Source: a virus
Taxonomy: Duplodnaviria; Caudoviricetes
Length of the DNA: 36,531 nt
Strand: one strand, 5' to 3'
Virus record (IMG/VR): IMGVR_UViG_3300005805_000226
Span: 1 to 36,531 of that record
Part shown: positions 15,963 to 25,837 of the stretch, piece after piece
Position numbering within the stretch: the first letter of the stretch is position 1
Layout: each line of letters starts with the position of its first letter
Notes under the pieces: model-generated
Told to the model about the DNA's origin: nothing
Databases searched by the model: none
What the model saw: the letters and a program-made list of their open reading frames with translations, nothing else
Position numbers and translations under genes: made by a program

Positions 15963-16405
15963 TACTTAATCCTCAGGTCCTCTTCGGTGATAATTTTGAA
16001 CTCTATAAGGCGATCTTTACAAAACTCGTCTGCTGCTTTCCACTTCGCTTGATTTACAGCATACGTCTTACACTCATATATGTATGACTTTGTTGCTCTT
16101 GTTTTTTTCTGTGGAGCTTGTGTTTGCTTCTTTGGTTTTACTTCTATTACGTATGTTTTTATTTGACCTGTTTTTTCTTTTACTTTGATGATAAAATCGG
16201 GAAAATATCTGTGAACTCTATTATCCACTGGAGATAGATAAGGAATCCAAAAGATTTCTGATCCCCACTCTATAATATTCTCATTGTAATCGCAATAGTA
16301 ACAAAACTTTCTTTCCCAACTGCTTCTACAAATAATATTATTGGGATCTCCTTTATATTTTGCTGGGTATGAAGGTTTGTATTTACTCTTGAGACTTTCT
16401 GCCAT
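15962..16405 (-). CDS. gp4: Head completion nuclease gp4
   Basis: KYKGD...RSSWE, WGSE, HRYFPDF, IEVKP, NQAKW. TATAAATA on the minus strand at 16428-16435. Confidence 0.92.
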   Translation of the reverse strand: MAESLKSKYKPSYPAKYKGDPNNIICRSSWERKFCYYCDYNENIIEWGSEIFWIPYLSPVDNRVHRYFPDFIIKVKEKTGQIKTYVIEVKPKKQTQAPQKKTRATKSYIYECKTYAVNQAKWKAADEFCKDRLIEFKIITEEDLRIK

Positions 16406-16436
16406 ACATAATATATAAAGTAAAAATTATTTATAA

Positions 16437-17468
16437 ATGCCTAGGATAAGGTCTGTTTCAGACGTTAAAGCAAATCTACTTAGACCTGCATTAACATCTC
16501 ATTATGAGGTTTATATTGGCATACCATCAAGAGATAAAAATGGAAAATCTAGTGCTCAATTTACTAATTATCTCCAACAAAATAAACTTAATTGGAATAT
16601 AAGTCAGGATAAAATTCAACTGGCTTGTTCAGAAGCACTTCTTCCTGGTTCTTCTTTTGCCACTCACGAACTGACTGGAGATAGGACTGGTGTTACTGAA
16701 AGACACGTTTATAGAAGAGTTTATGATGATCGTATTGATTTGACTTTTTATGTTGATATAAATCCAAAAGATCCATATGCTTCTGTTAGATTTTTTGAAA
16801 CTTGGATGAAGTATGTAACTAATGAATCTATTTCCGGAACTAATAGTGTTGCGGGTGAAGATTTCTACTATAGGGTAAAATATCCTGTTGAATATTATGG
16901 ATCTTTACAAATTACTAAGTTTGAAAGAACTGGTAAAAATAATAAATATACAGACCTAAATGCTAATCTGACATATAATTTTGTTGCCGCATTTCCAATA
17001 GCAGTTAGTTCTATGCCAGTATCATATGAATCTTCCCAGTTGCTTAAGGTTACAGTATCATTTTCTTACTTGAGATATTATATTGATAGTATGCCTGGAG
17101 AACCTGGAGAGCAATCATCTACACTATCAGATACTCCAATTCAAGCATTAACCCCAGCAGAACAAGCAATTTTTAATAATAATAAACTTAGCAATTCCTT
17201 CTATACTGGCGGTGCTGAACCTGGAACAGATTTTTCTGGAACTAGTTTTGGTGCAAGTTCCACTGGATTTGGTGGTATTCCAACTTGGGCTCTATCAGGA
17301 AAGGCAGCTCTTATTGGAGGAAACGCTGAGTCTAATAGTGCTTTAAGTGAAGCAGCAGCACAACAGAGGGGACTTCAAAATAGGGGTATAGTTTCTGGTG
17401 GAACTGTAGGTGTCGTTGACCAAGGAGTACTTGGTAATACTCCTGGTGTTGATTCTAACGTTGGATGA
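16437..17468 (+). CDS. Tail tube-fold protein (gp54/gp19-like)
   Basis: CSEALLPG, LTFYVD, FFETW, AFPIAVSSMPVSY, VTVSFSY; low-complexity tail. Confidence 0.75.
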   Translation: MPRIRSVSDVKANLLRPALTSHYEVYIGIPSRDKNGKSSAQFTNYLQQNKLNWNISQDKIQLACSEALLPGSSFATHELTGDRTGVTERHVYRRVYDDRIDLTFYVDINPKDPYASVRFFETWMKYVTNESISGTNSVAGEDFYYRVKYPVEYYGSLQITKFERTGKNNKYTDLNANLTYNFVAAFPIAVSSMPVSYESSQLLKVTVSFSYLRYYIDSMPGEPGEQSSTLSDTPIQALTPAEQAIFNNNKLSNSFYTGGAEPGTDFSGTSFGASSTGFGGIPTWALSGKAALIGGNAESNSALSEAAAQQRGLQNRGIVSGGTVGVVDQGVLGNTPGVDSNVG

Positions 17469-17506
17469 TAGCAATAAATAATGATATCTGAATTGTATAG
17501 GAGATT

Positions 17507-18226
17507 ATGCCTTTACCAAAGATTGCTACACCAACTTATGAACTTGAATTGCCTTCAACTGGACAACCAATTCAATATAGACCTTTTCTAGTTAAAGAAG
17601 AAAAACTTCTTGTAATTGCTTTGGAGAGTGAAGACACAAAGCAAATTACAACTTCTATTAAGACTGTTATTAAGAACTGTATTATCACAAAGGGAGTGAA
17701 GGTAGAAGATCTTCCAACCTTTGATATTGAATATCTATTCCTTAATATTCGCGGTAAGTCTGTTGGGGAAGACATTGAGGTTAATATCATTTGTCCAGAT
17801 GATGAGGAAACTCAAGTTCCTGTAAAAATTAATATTGACGATATTAAAGTTCAAAAGGATGAGAAACATTCTACTAGAATTAAGATTGATGATTCAATTA
17901 TGATGGAAATGAAATATCCATCACTTGAACAGTTTATTAAAAATAACTTTGATTTTTCTGGTGCAAATGCTATTGACCAATCCTTTGATTTAATCGCTTC
18001 TTGTATTGATAAAATTTATACTGAAGAAGAGGTTTGGACAACATCAGATTGTACCAAGAAAGAGATTAATGAGTTTCTTGATCAAATGAATTCTTCCCAA
18101 TTTAAAGATATTGAGAAGTTCTTTGAAACTATGCCAAAACTTTCGCATACAATTAAAGTTATGAATCCAAATACTAGTGTTGAGAGTGAGGTTGTTCTTG
18201 AAGGGTTATCATCTTTTTTCGCATAG
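17507..18226 (+). CDS. gp26: Baseplate hub assembly protein (gp26-like)
   Basis: MPLPKI..PTYELELPS, YRPFLVKEEK, FDIEYLFLNIRGKSVGE, FFETMPKL, LEGLSSFF. Confidence 0.88.
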   Translation: MPLPKIATPTYELELPSTGQPIQYRPFLVKEEKLLVIALESEDTKQITTSIKTVIKNCIITKGVKVEDLPTFDIEYLFLNIRGKSVGEDIEVNIICPDDEETQVPVKINIDDIKVQKDEKHSTRIKIDDSIMMEMKYPSLEQFIKNNFDFSGANAIDQSFDLIASCIDKIYTEEEVWTTSDCTKKEINEFLDQMNSSQFKDIEKFFETMPKLSHTIKVMNPNTSVESEVVLEGLSSFFA

Positions 18227-18237
18227 CACTAGTCCAT

Positions 18238-18417
18238 ATGGACTTGATATCATATTTCAAACTTAATTTTTCGTTAATGCAATATCATAAATATTCATTA
18301 ACAGAGATTGAAAGTATGATTCCTTGGGAACGTGATGTTTATGTTGAGCTTCTAAAGCAACATCTGGAAGAAGAACAAACAAAACAGCAACAGCAAATGA
18401 ATAATGCCCACTTCTAA
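18238..18417 (+). CDS. gp51: gp51-like small ORF (59 aa; possibly reached by -1 frameshift)
   Basis: Below the ORF-track cutoff. NFSLMQYHKYSLTEIESMIPWERDVYVELL. Confidence 0.85.
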   Translation: MDLISYFKLNFSLMQYHKYSLTEIESMIPWERDVYVELLKQHLEEEQTKQQQQMNNAHF

Positions 18418-21187
18418 AGCAATATCTGCATCCAAACTTCTTGGAAAAGACAGATATGAGTACTATCTCAATGAACTTGTCACTGAGAAAACGCTTGGTG
18501 GGCATAAACTTTCTAGTGCTCAGTTAAAGGAAGCATTTAAGAAAAGATCTAATAAGATAAGTTTTGAACAGTTTGTAGATAAGGTAATTTCTACAAAGAC
18601 TGTAAGAGCGGCATTTTTTCCTGGTACTGGTCCTGTTCTTGGGCCCGCTGGTGGTGGATTGGGACCGAGAGGTGGTGCTCTTGTAAAGTCTCCAACAGGA
18701 GGATTGGCAACATATAAAAAGTTGCAAGTTGCAGAAGATAAAAAAGAAATTGGTGGTATAGGAGATTATCTAAAAGATATCACTAATTCTCTTGGTAATA
18801 TTATAGATGTATTAAACCAAGGTATTTCTGCTGAGGTAAAAAATCAACAACAAAAAAGAAGAGATAAAGAGAGATCAAAAAGAGAGGGTATTGAAAAAGG
18901 TCTAGAGAAAGGATTTGCTGCTGTTGCGAAAGTAGTTGATAAAGTAGTAGCACCAGTTAAATCAATCTTAAGTAGAATAATTGATTTCTTCTTGAAGATG
19001 TTCTTGGCTAGAGCAGTAGTCAAGTTGATTGATTGGTTAGCAGATCCGCAAAATCAAGGTAAGATTAAATCCTTGATGAGATTTTTTGGTGATCATTGGA
19101 GTAAGTTATTCTCACTTTATATTGTATTTGGAACCTCCTTTGGTAAGTTTGCTAGGGGATTAATATCTCTTGTTTTAAGAAGCACTGTTAGACTTGGTGC
19201 TGCTGTTGCTGCTCTTGCTGTAAAGGTAGGTATTGGAAAGGCAGGAGGAAAGTTATCAAAAGTAGCAGGATTCCTTGGTGGTAAAAAAGGAAAACTTCTT
19301 GCTGCTGGATTAGAAGCTGCTGTCACCGTTGGTGGTACGATGGCACTCAGCAAGACGCTTGAGGGTGGTCTTGGTGGTGGAGAGCAAAAAGCACAAGGTC
19401 TTGCTGGTGGTGGATATGTAAGACCAAGATTTCCTGCGTTTAAAGGTGGGGGATTTAACTTTAAAGGAATGTTGGGGGGTGCTTCATTAGGTTCTATGTT
19501 TGGACCACTTGGAATGCTTCTTGGTGGAGCACTTGGTGGATCTGGTAAACCTCAAGAAATGTTTGGTGGTTTTGTAAGTGGTGAGAAGGGTGTAGATAAA
19601 GTCCCTGCGATGCTTAGTGATGGTGAGTTTGTAATGTCTCGTGGTGCTGTTGCAAAGTATGGTGTGGATACTTTGGAATCAATGAATGCTGCTGGAGGTG
19701 GAACAAACAAACCCAAGATAATAAGTGGAACTACTTATGCTGTCGGCGGCGGTTTTATTGGTAATCCAATTGCCGCACAGGAAGCTTGGACTAATTATAT
19801 GAAGATAAATCCTGAAAAATTTATGAAAGGTTCTGTTTATGGTGATATGGATTCTGTTAATAAAGCATCTCGTGATTTTATGAAAACCTTTATGAAAACT
19901 GGTCAACCACCACCGTGGGCTCAATTTGTAGAGGAAGTTGAAAAAGTTAAAAATACAAAAAGAACGCAAGAACCATCTTCAAGAAAATCTCAAACATATT
20001 CGCAACCAAAGTCTCCAAAGTCTTCTGGATTTTCTTGGAAAGATTGGTGGAAAAATCAAACTTCATCAACTCCAAAATCTCCACCACCTTCAGGGTCAAA
20101 ACCACCCACTTCATCTGCCATAACAAAATCGACGGGCGCACTTTCAACTGAGGTTAGAACACCAAAACCAAGAGTTAGGGGTTATGGTGGGGCGTTGCAG
20201 GCAGCGTTTGCTGCTATGGAATTTAACGATAGAAAACAAGCAGGACAAACAACAACACAAGCAGGTTTAGGTGCTGCTGGTTCTGCTTTAGGTGGACAAG
20301 TTGGATGGATGGCTGGGGCAAAAGCGGGAGCGTTGCTTGGTGGTGCCATAGGCGCGATGTTCGCTGGAGTTGGCGCTGCTCCAGGTGCTGCTATAGGTGC
20401 AATAATTGGTGGTGTTGCGGGAGGATTTGGTGGTGCTTCATTAGGTGGAAAACTTGCCGATGATTTATCTGGAGTCAATGCTGCAAAAGAAAGAATGAAT
20501 CGTGGTGGAATTGGTGGTGCAGTCAAAGGTGGATATGGATTGAGGGGTCAATCATTTAAAGATGCGCCGAAGACTATGGTGATGACTGATGATAAGGGAA
20601 GACCTTTTGTTGGTCATAAGGCAATGCGAAATGGGAAATTAACTTATGTAAGACCCCCAACGCCAGGGACGGGAACAACTAATCCACTTGAGGCAATAGG
20701 TAGATTTGTTAATCCAGGTGCATATAAAGAAAATGATCAAAGAGTTGCAATGAAAAATCAAAAAATTGCAATGGTAAATGCACTAGAGAGTTTTCAAAGA
20801 CAAGGAATGGCTCCTGATGCTCAAGCAAGAATGATGAAACAAATGGGTGGAAATTTAAAAGACGTTCAAAATGATTTAAATTATAGAAGAAAAACCGAAC
20901 AAAAAGAAAAAGAAGAACAAAGAAGATTGATGAGTGCTAATGATAAAGGTGGTGTAATGAGAAGAAACAATGCTGCTAGACTTGCAGCACAACAAAATAC
21001 AAAACCTGCAGTAAAACCACCAACAAGACCAACAACGAATGTCGTAAGAATTGCTGGTGTTGGACAGGCAGTTAGCGGTGCTGCCGCTGCTGCACGTAGA
21101 AGAAAACCAGGAACTCCTGTAGTAAGTCCAGCACATCCACAGGGAACAAGAAGAAACCAGGCTGTTCTGGGTATCAGGAGTAGGTAA
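18404..21187 (+). CDS. Large tail/tape-measure-like protein
   Basis: 927 aa; coiled-coil and Gly/Ala hydrophobic stretches; DKVPAMLSDGEFVM motif; follows gp26/gp51. Confidence 0.65.
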   Translation: MPTSKAISASKLLGKDRYEYYLNELVTEKTLGGHKLSSAQLKEAFKKRSNKISFEQFVDKVISTKTVRAAFFPGTGPVLGPAGGGLGPRGGALVKSPTGGLATYKKLQVAEDKKEIGGIGDYLKDITNSLGNIIDVLNQGISAEVKNQQQKRRDKERSKREGIEKGLEKGFAAVAKVVDKVVAPVKSILSRIIDFFLKMFLARAVVKLIDWLADPQNQGKIKSLMRFFGDHWSKLFSLYIVFGTSFGKFARGLISLVLRSTVRLGAAVAALAVKVGIGKAGGKLSKVAGFLGGKKGKLLAAGLEAAVTVGGTMALSKTLEGGLGGGEQKAQGLAGGGYVRPRFPAFKGGGFNFKGMLGGASLGSMFGPLGMLLGGALGGSGKPQEMFGGFVSGEKGVDKVPAMLSDGEFVMSRGAVAKYGVDTLESMNAAGGGTNKPKIISGTTYAVGGGFIGNPIAAQEAWTNYMKINPEKFMKGSVYGDMDSVNKASRDFMKTFMKTGQPPPWAQFVEEVEKVKNTKRTQEPSSRKSQTYSQPKSPKSSGFSWKDWWKNQTSSTPKSPPPSGSKPPTSSAITKSTGALSTEVRTPKPRVRGYGGALQAAFAAMEFNDRKQAGQTTTQAGLGAAGSALGGQVGWMAGAKAGALLGGAIGAMFAGVGAAPGAAIGAIIGGVAGGFGGASLGGKLADDLSGVNAAKERMNRGGIGGAVKGGYGLRGQSFKDAPKTMVMTDDKGRPFVGHKAMRNGKLTYVRPPTPGTGTTNPLEAIGRFVNPGAYKENDQRVAMKNQKIAMVNALESFQRQGMAPDAQARMMKQMGGNLKDVQNDLNYRRKTEQKEKEEQRRLMSANDKGGVMRRNNAARLAAQQNTKPAVKPPTRPTTNVVRIAGVGQAVSGAAAAARRRKPGTPVVSPAHPQGTRRNQAVLGIRSR

Positions 21188-21192
21188 AGAAA

Positions 21193-24100
21193 ATGGCAGT
21201 TAATCCCACAAAACTTTTACCACCATCAGGAGGAGCACTTGCAGTAAGAAGCAAGACGATTGATATTGGCAAAAAGAAAGACGGTGGAATTGAAGGTCAA
21301 GTACTAGTCATAAGAACTCAGGTTATAAAAATTGAAAAATTAATAGCAAGAGGATATACTCTGAAATTAAAGGAACAAAAAGAAGAACAAAAAGAAAATG
21401 AGACTAAAAAGAGAGTAAAAAAAGAAGAAGAACTAGAAGAAAAGAAAGCACCAAAAGAGGGCAAAGGTAAGATACCATCATTACCTAGACTTGGATTCTT
21501 AGATGGAATTAGAAAGTTTATTGGCAATATGCTTCTTGCATATTTTGCTGTTAGATTGATTGACCATCTACCAAAGTTAATTCCTTTTGTAAAGGCAGTT
21601 GGAAATGTTGCTGAGTTTTTGATTGATGTTGGTGGAGGTATATTAAATGGTTTGGTTAGTTTTATTGATTGGGGATATAAGGCATACGATGCAACACGAG
21701 GTTTCATAAAAAATCTTGGTGGTGAAAATTTTGCTAAAGTGTTTGATGGTTTTAATGGTGCTATTGGAACACTTGTTGAAACTGCTATTACTGCCGCGAT
21801 TGTTTTGGCAAGTCAAGGTGAAGGTGGTGTCCTTGATATTGGTATTGATATTGTAAAAGACAAGTTACTTGGTCAAAGTGCTAAGGCAGCGGGACAAAAA
21901 GTTGCAGGACAAGCAGCAGGACAAGCAGCAAGAACCGCTGGTATGGGTGCTGGTGCTGTCGCTGGTATTGTTGCTGGTGCTGGACTTCTTGCCTCTGCTT
22001 TGGGTGAAGGTGCTTTTCAAGTTAGAAAGGTTGCTGTAAAACCAATACAAAATCTTGAAAATGAATTTAATAAAGATCGCAATCCAATAACAAAAATTGG
22101 TCGTGGTATTATTCTTACAATGGTCAGACCTCTTTACGGTCTCTTTTCTACTGTTGGATTTTTATTGGATGTTGTTGGTGCTCCATTTAGATATGCTATA
22201 GAATTACTTCGCTATCCATTTTTAAGTGAAGAGGATAAGATAAAGCAAGCAAATAATCTTGCTAAGTTTGATGCCAGAATACGAGAAGACTTGAGAAAAG
22301 CAATGAATATGCTTACTCTTGGTCTTGCTTTTAAAGAAAAGGGTTCCTTTGGAAATATTTACGGAAATAAAGGTTCTCAAAAAGAAATGATGAATAAGAT
22401 GGCAGGTGGTGGCATCACTAGAGGTGGAAAGAAACAAGGTGCCATCCGTAGAACGGGTGGAGTAACTGGAAAGGGAAAAATAAAAAGAAAAACAAAAATC
22501 GCACAGAAACCAAGAGAAGTTGAGTTTAAAAGTCCAGGTGCTGATATTGGTGGAGAAGATAAACTGTTTGGAATATTTCCAAAACCAAAGATTCCAGATG
22601 CTGTTAATCCATTCAAAGCAATTGAGAATACTGGAAAAACCCTAGGTAAGAGTGATTACTTTGGACCTATTCTTGCGATTACTTCTAAGATTACCTTAGG
22701 TCAGAAACCATCAGAACAAGATTATAAGAATGTTGGTCTTGGTATTAACTTACTGTTCAATGAAGGTATGAGCAAAGGGCAACTTGTTGGTGGTGTTGCT
22801 GCTGCTTATGCTGAAGGTGGTTTTGTTGATAAGAAGACATTAGAAGCAGTTGCCGAAGGAGGTGATATTACTAATTGGGTTGCTGGAGCATTTAAAGATG
22901 CAACAGAAACAAATGCTCAAAAAACTTTGAGAGAAATTGGAGAGAATGCTAAGAAGAAAAAAACCACAATGATAGAGAGTCCTACACCATCCGCTGAAGA
23001 TATGGGTATTGGTGCGGATGTTCAAGTCTCTAGTGATAGTGAAGATTTCTGGTTACTTGCAACAGCAGCTATGTTTGAAAATTCACATCCACAAGGTGCT
23101 GCTGATGTTGCTCAGGTTATCTATAATAGAACAAAATATCCTGCCTGGAATGCTCCTACAATTAGAAAAGCAATATTAAATCCAGGACAGTTTCAACCTG
23201 TAAGGCAATATGGTGGAACTTCTGCTTGGAACTCTATAAAAACAAAAGAAGATGCGGTGCGTTTTTCTAAATCTCATGGAAAAACTGTAGAGCAATTGGA
23301 AAGAGTTGCTGCCGCTTTGTTAGATAAACAAAAACAAGACGATGCTAGAAGATTTGTTGGTCCAAGAGATAGTTTTAGACCAGATGCTTATGAAAGATCT
23401 AACAATCATTTAGCGGATGAAACTGAGAAATCCAGACACGGACATACATTTGGATTTGAACCTGGTGGTGCCATGATAGGGCAGTTTAAAGCAGGCAAAT
23501 TGAGTGCTGCTCAAATTGATACCAATATTGTTAAGGGCGAAACTAAATCTTCCTCTGGAAAATTTCAAGTGATTGAATATATTACCGGAGACAAAAATCA
23601 TCCCAATTTTGATTTAGGTGGTCATGGACTTACTAGTAATTATCACGACCATATTGCATTTTCTACTATAGGTGAAAAGGAGAGGGCAAAAAACGCATTA
23701 ATGAATGCTGGAATTAAAATAGGAAGTGAATATAGACCAGGAGATCCTGGATCTCATGGATCAAACTTAGCTATAGATGTTCCTGGTTATCAGTGGGGTG
23801 GAACTGGATCTATTGGGCAAAAAGAATTTGATGGATCAAAAAGAGTTAGAAATATTCTGGGAATAGGTCAAAAAGTTTCTAAATTTCACGGTGGTATTGG
23901 ATTTGTATCCAAAGACGGACTAACTCTAAAACTCCATAAGGGTGAGATGTATAAAGTTATTGATAAAGATTCTGTGGATCTTCTTGGATTTGGTCTCACT
24001 AAAGAGATAATTGATATTGAAAACAAATCTCAGTTGATCGCAAAAGCACCATCAATCATTGAAAAACTTAAAGCAATTTCTGGTTATGCATCTTACGAAT

Positions 24101-24243
24101 CAGAAGCACCACAAACAGTAATAGTTCAAGATGCTCCGGAACAAGATTCTTATCAAAATCCAATGATTGCTGTTATTGGTGGTGGTGCTGGTGGTGGCGA
24201 TTCTTATGATCCATTTGCGATGCTAGATAGATTATCGGGTTAA
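21193..24243 (+). CDS. Large tail/tape-measure-like protein with putative cell-wall hydrolase domains
   Basis: 1016 aa; SleB-like FE...DVAQVIYNR...ILNPGQFQP...HTF; His-rich YHDHIAF...SHGSNLAIDV. Confidence 0.7.
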   Translation: MAVNPTKLLPPSGGALAVRSKTIDIGKKKDGGIEGQVLVIRTQVIKIEKLIARGYTLKLKEQKEEQKENETKKRVKKEEELEEKKAPKEGKGKIPSLPRLGFLDGIRKFIGNMLLAYFAVRLIDHLPKLIPFVKAVGNVAEFLIDVGGGILNGLVSFIDWGYKAYDATRGFIKNLGGENFAKVFDGFNGAIGTLVETAITAAIVLASQGEGGVLDIGIDIVKDKLLGQSAKAAGQKVAGQAAGQAARTAGMGAGAVAGIVAGAGLLASALGEGAFQVRKVAVKPIQNLENEFNKDRNPITKIGRGIILTMVRPLYGLFSTVGFLLDVVGAPFRYAIELLRYPFLSEEDKIKQANNLAKFDARIREDLRKAMNMLTLGLAFKEKGSFGNIYGNKGSQKEMMNKMAGGGITRGGKKQGAIRRTGGVTGKGKIKRKTKIAQKPREVEFKSPGADIGGEDKLFGIFPKPKIPDAVNPFKAIENTGKTLGKSDYFGPILAITSKITLGQKPSEQDYKNVGLGINLLFNEGMSKGQLVGGVAAAYAEGGFVDKKTLEAVAEGGDITNWVAGAFKDATETNAQKTLREIGENAKKKKTTMIESPTPSAEDMGIGADVQVSSDSEDFWLLATAAMFENSHPQGAADVAQVIYNRTKYPAWNAPTIRKAILNPGQFQPVRQYGGTSAWNSIKTKEDAVRFSKSHGKTVEQLERVAAALLDKQKQDDARRFVGPRDSFRPDAYERSNNHLADETEKSRHGHTFGFEPGGAMIGQFKAGKLSAAQIDTNIVKGETKSSSGKFQVIEYITGDKNHPNFDLGGHGLTSNYHDHIAFSTIGEKERAKNALMNAGIKIGSEYRPGDPGSHGSNLAIDVPGYQWGGTGSIGQKEFDGSKRVRNILGIGQKVSKFHGGIGFVSKDGLTLKLHKGEMYKVIDKDSVDLLGFGLTKEIIDIENKSQLIAKAPSIIEKLKAISGYASYESEAPQTVIVQDAPEQDSYQNPMIAVIGGGAGGGDSYDPFAMLDRLSG

Positions 24244-24251
24244 TAGTAAAA

Positions 24252-25595
24252 ATGTCTGAAGCAATAATCGCAGTAAAAGGAGAAGGTGCTGGTGTAAGTA
24301 GATGTATTATCTACGGAAATGATGGTGGTGAGGTTGATTTTCTAAATGGTATATACTCCATTCACTACTATGAAGATCTTCTTGAAGACTGTGTAAGAGC
24401 AACAATTATCCTTGTTGATTCTGTTGGCACTATTAAGGGAACAACTGCTCTTGATGGTCTTCCTATTGTTGGACAAGAGAAGGTTGAATTGACCATTAAC
24501 GATAATAACAATAATGCAAAAAGTGTTGTTTTATTTGTAAACTCAGTGAAACCTTATTTCAATGATACGAATAGACAGATGATAACTCTTGATCTTGTAT
24601 CAAAAGAATATATTATTAATGAGCAGGTTAGAGTTCGTACAAGATATGATGGTAAGATATCTGATCATATTGATAAAATTTTAAAGGATGTTATAAAGAC
24701 TGAGAAAAAAATAGATCTGGAACAAACAATCAATACATATAATTTCTTGGGTAATAATAAAAAACCATTCTATGTTTGTAGATGGTTATCTAAGAAATCT
24801 GTACCAACCACTGGTGGTGGTCTTGGTAAGACAGCTGGATTTTTCTTTTATGAAGTGGGTGATACTGTTATCAATGGATCCAGAGAGGAAAAAGGATTTT
24901 ATTATAAGTCTATTGATACCTTGATGAAACAAGAACATAAAGTCAAGTTGATGTTTAACACGACTGTTGATAAAAGAGGAGAAAAAGTTCCCGCCGGATA
25001 TGATGGTAAAGTTGTAAGTTATAATGTTGAAACTGCTGGGTCTGGAAATGTTACCGAAAGAATGAAACTTGGACTTTATAATACTAAGATTGTAACCTTT
25101 GATCCATTTAACTGTTTTTACAAAATAACCAATCAGCAGGCAGATGATGATTCATATGAAAAGGGTGGTAAGAAACTTCCCAAATTAAATGATAAAGATT
25201 TCACTTTTAACAAGGGTGAGGGAAATGAAGGACCAACAAAAACTAGTTATTTCTTGATTGATACTGGTTCTATGCCAACTGGAAATACTCAGCAACAAAT
25301 ACAAAAATCGCAAGAACCTAATCTTGATTATAGTAATGTCGTTAATTATTCTACGATGAGATACAATAATTTATTCTCATCAAAGGTCGAAATGACAATT
25401 CCAGGAACATTTAAATTATCTGTTGGCGATACTATTTTTGTTGATAGTCCTAAGATTGAGGATGTAAAAAATCCTGATGTCAATCAACAGCACGGTGGAA
25501 AATATCTAATATCTAGACTATGCCATTATGTTGATCAAAGAAATACTTACACAGTTATGGATCTTGTTAGAGAATCTGTTGAAAGAAAGGCATAA
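24252..25595 (+). CDS. Baseplate hub-like protein (gp27-like position)
   Basis: 447 aa; YYEDL, GFFFYE, IPG...LSVGDTI, GGKYLISRLCH. Confidence 0.65.
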   Translation: MSEAIIAVKGEGAGVSRCIIYGNDGGEVDFLNGIYSIHYYEDLLEDCVRATIILVDSVGTIKGTTALDGLPIVGQEKVELTINDNNNNAKSVVLFVNSVKPYFNDTNRQMITLDLVSKEYIINEQVRVRTRYDGKISDHIDKILKDVIKTEKKIDLEQTINTYNFLGNNKKPFYVCRWLSKKSVPTTGGGLGKTAGFFFYEVGDTVINGSREEKGFYYKSIDTLMKQEHKVKLMFNTTVDKRGEKVPAGYDGKVVSYNVETAGSGNVTERMKLGLYNTKIVTFDPFNCFYKITNQQADDDSYEKGGKKLPKLNDKDFTFNKGEGNEGPTKTSYFLIDTGSMPTGNTQQQIQKSQEPNLDYSNVVNYSTMRYNNLFSSKVEMTIPGTFKLSVGDTIFVDSPKIEDVKNPDVNQQHGGKYLISRLCHYVDQRNTYTVMDLVRESVERKA

Positions 25596-25621
25596 ATAAT
25601 ACTAATTAACATTGTGTTCAT

Positions 25622-25837
25622 ATGGACAGAACACTTCAACAACACATTAATGATGACAGAGATGAACTTGATAATCCAAATACAAGTAGTCAACGTCGTC
25701 GTCACTTAGAAGATGAATTAACTTCACTTGAAAAGTATCAATCAAACCATCCCGATACTGATCACGATCCAACAGGATTAGAGTTATATTGTGATGCGAA
25801 TCCAGATGCTTTAGAATGCCGTATATATGAGGATTAA
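25622..25837 (+). CDS. cp12: CP12 Calvin-cycle inhibitor (phage type)
   Basis: C-terminal LELYCDANPDALECRIYED; no N-terminal Cys pair. CATAAATA at 25591-25598. Confidence 0.92.
   Translation: MDRTLQQHINDDRDELDNPNTSSQRRRHLEDELTSLEKYQSNHPDTDHDPTGLELYCDANPDALECRIYED

Noticed and set aside
18263-18505. 80-aa minus-strand ORF at the gp26/tape-measure junction
   Set aside because: Shadow of the plus-strand gp51-like ORF.
19117-23601. Many short antisense ORFs (Pro/Ala/Ser-rich)
   Set aside because: Expected shadows of GGT/GCT-rich sense codons.
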